Shown here piece by piece: positions 37,401 through 44,161 of a DNA stretch of 44,161 nucleotides. The stretch comes from Octopus bimaculoides (Eukaryota). How positions within the stretch are numbered: the first letter of the stretch is position 1; every line of letters begins with the position of its first letter. Under the pieces are notes generated by a model. The model did no database searches and was not told where the DNA came from. It saw only the letters and a list, made by a program, of their open reading frames with translations. The position numbers and the translations under genes are program-made. The stretch lies in contig NC_069003.1 in assembly GCF_001194135.2 (NCBI RefSeq), forward strand, positions 27,045,262 to 27,089,422. The letters run 5' to 3'.

Positions 37401-38877
37401 CCGTACGCACAGACAAACTGATCCTCCGTCGTTTTCGGCGATTAGTATTCCAGTTGTGCAATCAGCCGGCTCATTCAATTTGCATGCAACGTGGCTTAGT
37501 ATTTCAGACACGTCTGTTCTTAACGCACTTCTTCTGACAAATAAGTGTGACACAATATATAACCGGACTGGAGCATGGAATTGACAGGTACAGTCTATCA
37601 AGTAGGCTTCCGTACATTTGCCATCGACCCAATGTCATTTCCAAGGCCTAAGTTCAACTAAGTCATTTGCCCAAGACAGTGGGGTCGAAACTAGGTTTTT
37701 CTGATTGGGAAACGGATTTCTGAACGACTCTCACATGAACGACACTTTCAGAAACACACTCATACAAATATATANNNNNNNNNNNNNNNNNNNNNNNNNN
37801 NNNNNNNNNNNNNNNNNNNNNNNNNNNNNNNNNNNNNNNNNNNNNNNNNNNNNNNNNNNNNNNNNNNNNNNNNNNNNNNNNNNNNNNNNNNNNNNNNNNN
37901 NNNNNNNNNNNNNNNNNNNNNNNNNNNNNNNNNNNNNNNNNNNNNNNNNNNNNNNNNNNNNNNNNNNNNNNNNNNNNNNNNNNNNNNNNNNNNNNNNNNN
38001 NNNNNNNNNNNNNNNNNNNNNNNNNNNNNNNNNNNNNNNNNNNNNNNNNNNNNNNNNNNNNNNNNNNNNNNNNNNNNNNNNNNNNNNNNNNNNNNNNNNN
38101 NNATATATATGTATATGTATATGTATGTATGTATGTATCTATCTATACGCACACACATGCACATACACATGCACACAGACACATACACACACACATATGT
38201 ACGTAAATGTGCACTTTAGTATTAATCATGCATATAAACACACCATTACTGATGTAGAGAAAAAAGAAATGAAATTTTTAATTATCGTTTATCATATGAA
38301 CTCCGATAATACAAACGGTGGAGATTTCAGCAAAAGAATCCACTATCGGAAATACATAACTGAGTACGGGTTCTAGTTGGTGTTATGTACTGTTCCAACA
38401 ATGGTTATTTTTCTCAAAAAACATTGTGAACAATAATCAAATGCTTTAGTTGAAAGAAAACGAGACAAGTTTATATTTGATACAATTGTCACAAGCAAAG
38501 TAAACCCACATTTTATTCACTCTGCTTTCTATGAATCCAACAACTACGAAAGGATACTTGAATCAGTGTAATTTGGTTGTCGCTGGATTAATCTTACAAT
38601 ATGGAGAAAGTTGTTTTTCTGATATGTCTTTAGAAAGTATCGTCGAAAATATTTGAGGAACATTTATATTAATGGTAATATAAATAGAGAGGTTAGAAAA
38701 ATCTACCATCTTGCATTGCAAGATGGATAAGAAGTGGATAATAAGTAGATAAGAAGTGGATAATAAGTGGATAAGAAGTGGTTTGGTGACTAATAGGAAT
38801 TTCAAAACCACATTTTGATAAAATTACATTGGAATTTGTAAGAATTTTCTAGATGTATATAATATATGTAATACATC

Positions 38878-39170
38878 CCTAACATTTGGCCACCTAAGTC
38901 GCCAGACTGCACCCCCTTTAATTATTATGTGTTGGATGTAGTTGAACTAGAGACCAACAAAACTCCTTGTAACACCAAAGATGAACTAAATGCAAGAATT
39001 AGGGCAGTAGTCGTCTGGAGGCCGTAGTTGAAGCCGATTTTATTGAATAAATTGACTTAGTATCTCAAGATATCTTTATGTAATTTTGGTAAATATATGT
39101 TAAAATGTGATGTGAGTGTTATTTTCACTTTTGCGTAATTTAAACGACAGTTTATTCATCGCACCCTCTA
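38878..39170 (+). mobile_element. Tc1/mariner-superfamily transposon 3' end: transposase C-terminal relic plus probable right terminal inverted repeat
   Basis: PNIWPPKSPDCTPFNYYVLDVVELETNKTPCNTKDELNARI (WPPNSPDLNPLDY-type motif), a deletion, then SRLEAVVEA-DFIE* (stop 39048-39050). It ends ACAGTTTATTCATCGCACCCTC followed by TA (39169-39170), a mariner-like terminus. No left end seen. Confidence 0.88.
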
Positions 39171-39736
39171 TGTGTGTATATATCTATATATATACACACA
39201 TATACACATATAATATAAATAACATATATTTTCTATGTTATACACATTGTGTAATATATTATTCTCCGTTATATATTTTCATATCTCTTAGTTTATTTCT
39301 CCTTCCCGTACTTGTTCTCTCACTCTAGATCTTTTATCACTTAATCTCTCTGTCGTTTGCTTGCTTTCATTATGACTACCTGAGTCTTCTCCCTTTTTGT
39401 CGCGCCCCCTTTCCTTTCTCTCTGTATCTCTCAGTATTGTTTCACCTGGTGGTTAATATGTTTTCATATAGCTTTGTGTTACGTCATAATCACAGCATAC
39501 ATTTTACCGCCCGCTACAAATGTGGCACACACACATGTGCATGAGTATATATATATATATCTACATTTTACATAGATATATTATATATGTTATATGCACA
39601 CCCCCCATACACTAACTCACACACACACATACACGCACTTAGACACATATATCTGTATTTATATACATAGAAGCACACGCGCGCGCATATGTAAATATAC
39701 CTGTATATATAAAAAGTAATTGTACATACTCATATA

Positions 39737-39767
<31 letters not shown>

Positions 39768-39769
39768 TT

Positions 39770-39802
<33 letters not shown>

Positions 39803-40255
39803 CGTACATACCTACACACACGCACACACATATACATATATACATGCATACATACTAAGTGTAACTGTGCGAGTGTTTACATATAAGATCTATGTTGTGG
39901 ACATTTGAGTGCTCCTGTAGGAATTTGTACACACACGCACACACACACACATATACACACACAAAACATATAATGTAGGTATATGGATATATGCATGCAT
40001 TCTTATATACTTGTGCGTATATGTTTATTTATATAAAGAGAACGTGTGCAGAGCGAGAGAACTCCAATTGGCCAGTAGCGTGTATATGAAAAAACATAGA
40101 CAAATATAAACTATGAAAAATACATTAGAACCAAAGTTCTCTAAATTTTCATCGCTTCGAGAAGATGTACCATAATTACAAAATGGCGTGTGTGTTGATA
40201 TTTGTGTCTGTGAATGCGTATATATTTGTGTGTGTACGTGTACATGTGTGTGTAC

Positions 40256-40286
<31 letters not shown>

Positions 40287-41754
40287 TGTGTGTGTGTGTG
40301 TGTCCATTTACATACATATGGTTATTTATATATGCAAATAGACGCACGCACACATACATACCGTTGCTATTATGCAAAAGTGTTGCAAGTCCAAAACGTT
40401 TCTTGTTCAGAAAACGAAAAAAATAGTTTCACCGTTCCATTTCTTTTTACATTAGCAACAGTTTCAGTTTAACAATAATACTTTGTTGGGTGCATTAAAA
40501 ATCGTAACTCCATGCATGTGTGATATCTTCAGTGAGAAATATTTTCGCAAAAACTGGCGCACGTTATTGTGTACTGAATCGTAGTTTGAATTCGCTTGAA
40601 CTCGATGCATTCTTGTAATATTGTGAAGCTGCAGAGATTGGCTTCAGTAGCAAATACTAATGTTTTTGATCGGATTCTTAATGATGGAAGGTGTGCAGTC
40701 GGAGCTTTTGTCGATGTATAAACGTCTTTTGTTATGTTTTCTAAAAGAGTGATAATTTTACTGCCTAGGTTTGACTTAATACTTAGAAGATTAAACGCGA
40801 TTACTTTGTCTTCTGTTATTGCTAGTTCCATATGATGGTTCGTGGCGTAGTATTTAGGTGTTCGGCTTACGATCGTTAAGCGAGACCAGGGAAGCATGCT
40901 GTGTCAATCAGTAAGGCAGTTCATTTTATGATGTTTTTAGTTTATTCATATGATAACCAACAGTAGCGATCGCGGTATCATTCATCCTACAACGAACTCC
41001 CTTCGTTGTATAAGTCGCTTAAGTATCATGGAAAAAGGCATAAGTTCTTGTTGATTGTCCCGTAAGTCTAAAATACTAACTTCTAGATTCTTCTTTCAAC
41101 GTTTCACTGAAGTTTGTCGTTACAAAATTGTCCGATTGGTGACTGATAATGTTAGCTGGTTTTATGAACCCATCGTCTCAAATAATATAATTCCAATCGT
41201 TAGCTGCTGAAATTTGCATGCAGTGTACAAAATATATCTAGAGGCCCAAATATTTCGCAGATTTCAGCTGAACCTTTGCTAAAAAATCAGCACATCGAAG
41301 GAGGATACGTGTTTTTCATTTTGTTTTTAACTATGGGCCATAGTCAAAAGAAAGCAAATATAATCTTGCGTGCACTAAGATCTTGATTTCTTGAACGGTG
41401 ACGATTGTAGAACAGATTCTTTGCAAAAGTAATTGTTTTTAAAAGTAGAGGCCTAGTTATTTTATGAGTAAGACTCAACCATGTCAAACTGTGAAAATTT
41501 GTAGAGGTTTGTCTTAAACGGCGGCAATAACAACAGGAATAGGAACAATGCTGATAGTGACGACGACAACGAAACAGGAAGCGGTAAACAATGTATGTGT
41601 GCATGTGTGCATGTGCGTATGTGTGCATGTGCGTTGTGTGTTGTGTGTGTGCCTGTGTGTGTATGAAAAAGTTTGTATGATTAAGTGACAGGTGGCTAAG
41701 CGGCTTAGTCTGTTCAGCTTGATCTAGAAAGCTTTACGTGATCGCTGATCACTG

Positions 41755-41786
<32 letters not shown>

Positions 41787-41842
41787 CTTGTTTGTTATAT
41801 ACTGTCTGACAGCGTTCTTAGCTCGCAATGTTCTTCTTAGCT

Positions 41843-41884
<42 letters not shown>

Positions 41885-42065
41885 CTGTCTATCTATATAT
41901 ATGTATATACTCATATCTTTGTATGTATACATACATGCACAAACACATACGCGCATACATATATGTGTGTATGCGTGTGTCATAGTAGTAGTGGTAGAAT
42001 TATTAGCAATAGGAATTTTCGTTATCAATGTTATTATTATTATTATTATTACTAATATTGTTGTT

Positions 42066-42067
42066 GT

Positions 42068-42128
<61 letters not shown>
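42066..42128. repeat. (ACT)n microsatellite
   Basis: Directly visible. Confidence 0.97.
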
Positions 42129-42129
<1 letters not shown>

Positions 42130-42252
42130 TATTAAGGCGTTGCATACATAAACCCTTCGCCCCTGATGCATGTATGTATATATGCACGTACACATTAGAG
42201 AGAAACAAGCACACTCGTACAATAGCTCACACTGGCTCAACTCACGTGAACT

Positions 42253-42716
42253 AAACTCCGCTTATTTAGTTCAAACGTAAAATCTGTGCTTTTGTATGGC
42301 TCTGAAACATGGAGAGCCACCTGCAGCAAATACAAGAAGATCCAGACCTTCATCAACAAATGTCTCCGGCAGATCCTCCATCTGAAGTGGTTCGACAGAG
42401 TGTCAAACACCGATCTGTGGGAAAGGGCCAACCAGGAGCCCATACATGTTCAGGTTAGACAAAGGAAATGGAGATGGATCGGACACACACACTGTGGAAA
42501 GAACCCTCAAATGTGACACGACAAGCACTTGACTCGATCCCGCAAGAGAAAAGGAAGCGAGGACGCCCGAAGCAGACATGGAAGCGGAGCATTTTGGACG
42601 AGCTCAGGACCACCGGCCTGACATGGGAAGCAGCCAAGAAACACGCCAATGACCGCAAAAAAGGGGAAAATAACTGTTGAGGCCCTATGATCCACAAGGG
42701 GCAAAAAGGATAAAAA
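42253..42716 (+). mobile_element. RTE-clade LINE, 5'-truncated 3' end
   Basis: KLRLFSSNVKSVLLYGSETW...KIQTFINKCLRQIL.LKWFDRVSNTDLWERANQEPI...RKWRWIGHT, a frameshift at the (CA) run near 42483-42492, then LWKEPSNVTRQALD...KRKRGRPKQTWKRS...GLTW. It ends near GGATAAAAA, followed by a TA/TACA repeat. Confidence 0.95.
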
Positions 42717-43213
42717 TATATATATATATACATATACATACATACATACATACATANNNNNNNNNNNNNNNNNNNNNNNNNNNNNNNNNNNNNNNNNNNN
42801 NNNNNNNNNNNNNNNNNNNNNNNNNNNNNNNNNNNNNNNNNNNNNNNNNNNNNNNNNNNNNNNNNNNNNNNNNNNNNNNNNNNNNNNNNNNNNNNNNNNN
42901 NNNNNNNNNNNNNNNNNNNNNNNNNNNNNNNNNNNNNNNNNNNNNNNNNNNNNNNNNNNNNNNNNNNNNNNNNNNNNNNNNNNNNNNNNNNNNNNNNNNN
43001 NNNNNNNNNNNNNNNNNNNNNNNNNNNNNNNNNNNNNNNNNNNNNNNNNNNNNNNNNNNNNNNNNNNNNNNNNNNNNNNNNNNNNNNNNNNNNNNNNNNN
43101 NNNNNNNNNNNNNNNNNNNNNNNNNNNNNNNNNNNNNNNNNNNNNNNNNNNNNNNNNNNNNNNNNNNNNNNNNNNNNNNNNNNNNNNNNNNNNNNNNNNN
43201 NNNNNNNNNNNNN

Positions 43214-43256
<43 letters not shown>

Positions 43257-43854
43257 GATACATCTATATACACACACGTATATACGTACATTTATCTTTA
43301 TATATATGCTAATTTGGTTTGTATATAAGTTACGTATAGCTAACCACTGTATTTAGACATCTCCGCTGGAAACACTAAACCATCCTCGTTAATTAAGTAA
43401 TATAATATATATTGAATGTAGTAAGCATGGGGGAAAAAGCATGATGTTCCCTGTATCAAATGTATAAACACAACTATCTGTAATTCGGTTACATCAGCTA
43501 TCTTACTAACGCGGCGAGAGACTACTCAAGGGAGATTACTCTAACGTGACTAAATGACGCCGATCAGTGCAATATGTTTTGTCGGCTGCAGATGTAGGTC
43601 AGCATTTCCATTTATTATTTTCGTTTGTTTGTTTGTTTTTCTCTCGCGGCGCTCTATTGAACAAATATAAATATTTGCTTGCACTTTGCGTATAAAATAT
43701 AAAGAAAAAACAAATGTATGAAAAGAAGCTGTGTCTATATTTTAGTATATAAATAAGTTTAAGCTACAGGAAATGTTTAAGTAGTCCTATATTTAAATGA
43801 TGAAGCAGATTTATCATGACTTTATATTTCGAATTTGCATTATATGCATTTTGA

Positions 43855-44048
43855 GGCGGAGGGCTGATAGAGACGTTAGCATGCCGGAGAAAATGCTTTA
43901 CGTTCTGAGTTCAAATGCCGCCGAGGTCGACTTTTCGTGTTTTCTTTACGGGATCGATAAATTAAGTATTTGTGAAACACTGGTGTTGATGTACTCGACT
44001 GGCCCCCTCCCCTAAAATTTCGGGCCTTGTGACTATAGTAGAAAGGAT
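43855..44048 (+). mobile_element. SINE family B, near full length, followed by (TTC)n to the window end
   Basis: Head ..GACGTTAGCATGCCGG, GAGTTCAAATGCCGCCGAGGTCGAC, core GATCGATAAATTAAGTA, tail GACTGGCCCCCTCCCCTAAAATTTCGGGCCTTGTGACTATAGTAGAAAG. Confidence 0.92.
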
Positions 44049-44161
44049 TCTTCTTCTTCTTCTTCTTCTTCTTCTTCTTCTTCTTCTTCTTCTTCTTCTT
44101 CATCCCCTTCTTCGCCTCCTCCTCCTCCTCCTCCTTCTTCTTCTTCTTCTTCTTCTTCTTC
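44049..44161. repeat. (TTC)n/(TCC)n microsatellite
   Basis: Directly visible. Confidence 0.97.

Noticed and set aside
37400-37600. Possible exon in a short unique island (both strands have open frames) and an octamer ATTTGCAT at 37478
   Set aside because: No recognisable protein motif and weak splice sites. The octamer occurs several times in the window at about chance frequency.
37600-37730. Possible very degenerate family A SINE remnant (TTTGCCCAAG..GGGGTCGAAAC)
   Set aside because: Similarity is too patchy to list as a feature.
38720-38785. Short tandem GATAAGAAGTG/GATAATAAGT units
   Set aside because: A local ~11/22-bp slippage repeat with no further structure.
40988-41010. Perfect 9-bp hairpin TACAACGAA-CTCCC-TTCGTTGTA
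   Set aside because: About one such stem is expected by chance in a window this size, and there is no CTRR Helitron end or U-tract after it.

Overview
This is eukaryotic, AT-rich, repeat-dominated draft-assembly DNA. It has 19 N-gaps totalling about 6.6 kb, mostly next to microsatellites. The tRNA-derived SINE families and the extreme microsatellite load point to an octopus genome. That call is my recognition of the repeats from memory, not a database result. I found no intact protein-coding gene, rRNA, CRISPR array or operon, and nearly all ORFs in the supplied track are translations of simple repeats or gaps. What the sequence supports: decayed transposon coding relics (hAT/Buster transposase 24-715, Penelope-like reverse transcriptase about 4700-6240, two Tc1/mariner C-terminal fragments, two RTE-clade LINE fragments), about 25 SINE copies or fragments in five tRNA-derived families (my labels A-E), a degenerate tRNA-Asp copy, an unclassified dispersed repeat, and many simple or compound repeats. 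The window is most simply a piece of a large intron or intergenic region. I did not find a convincing novel biological system. The best leads are modest: a 135-bp direct repeat plus a CpG/AGGTCA-rich block at 16.1-17.2 kb, a chimeric SINE, module sharing among SINE families, and nearby inverted SINE pairs.
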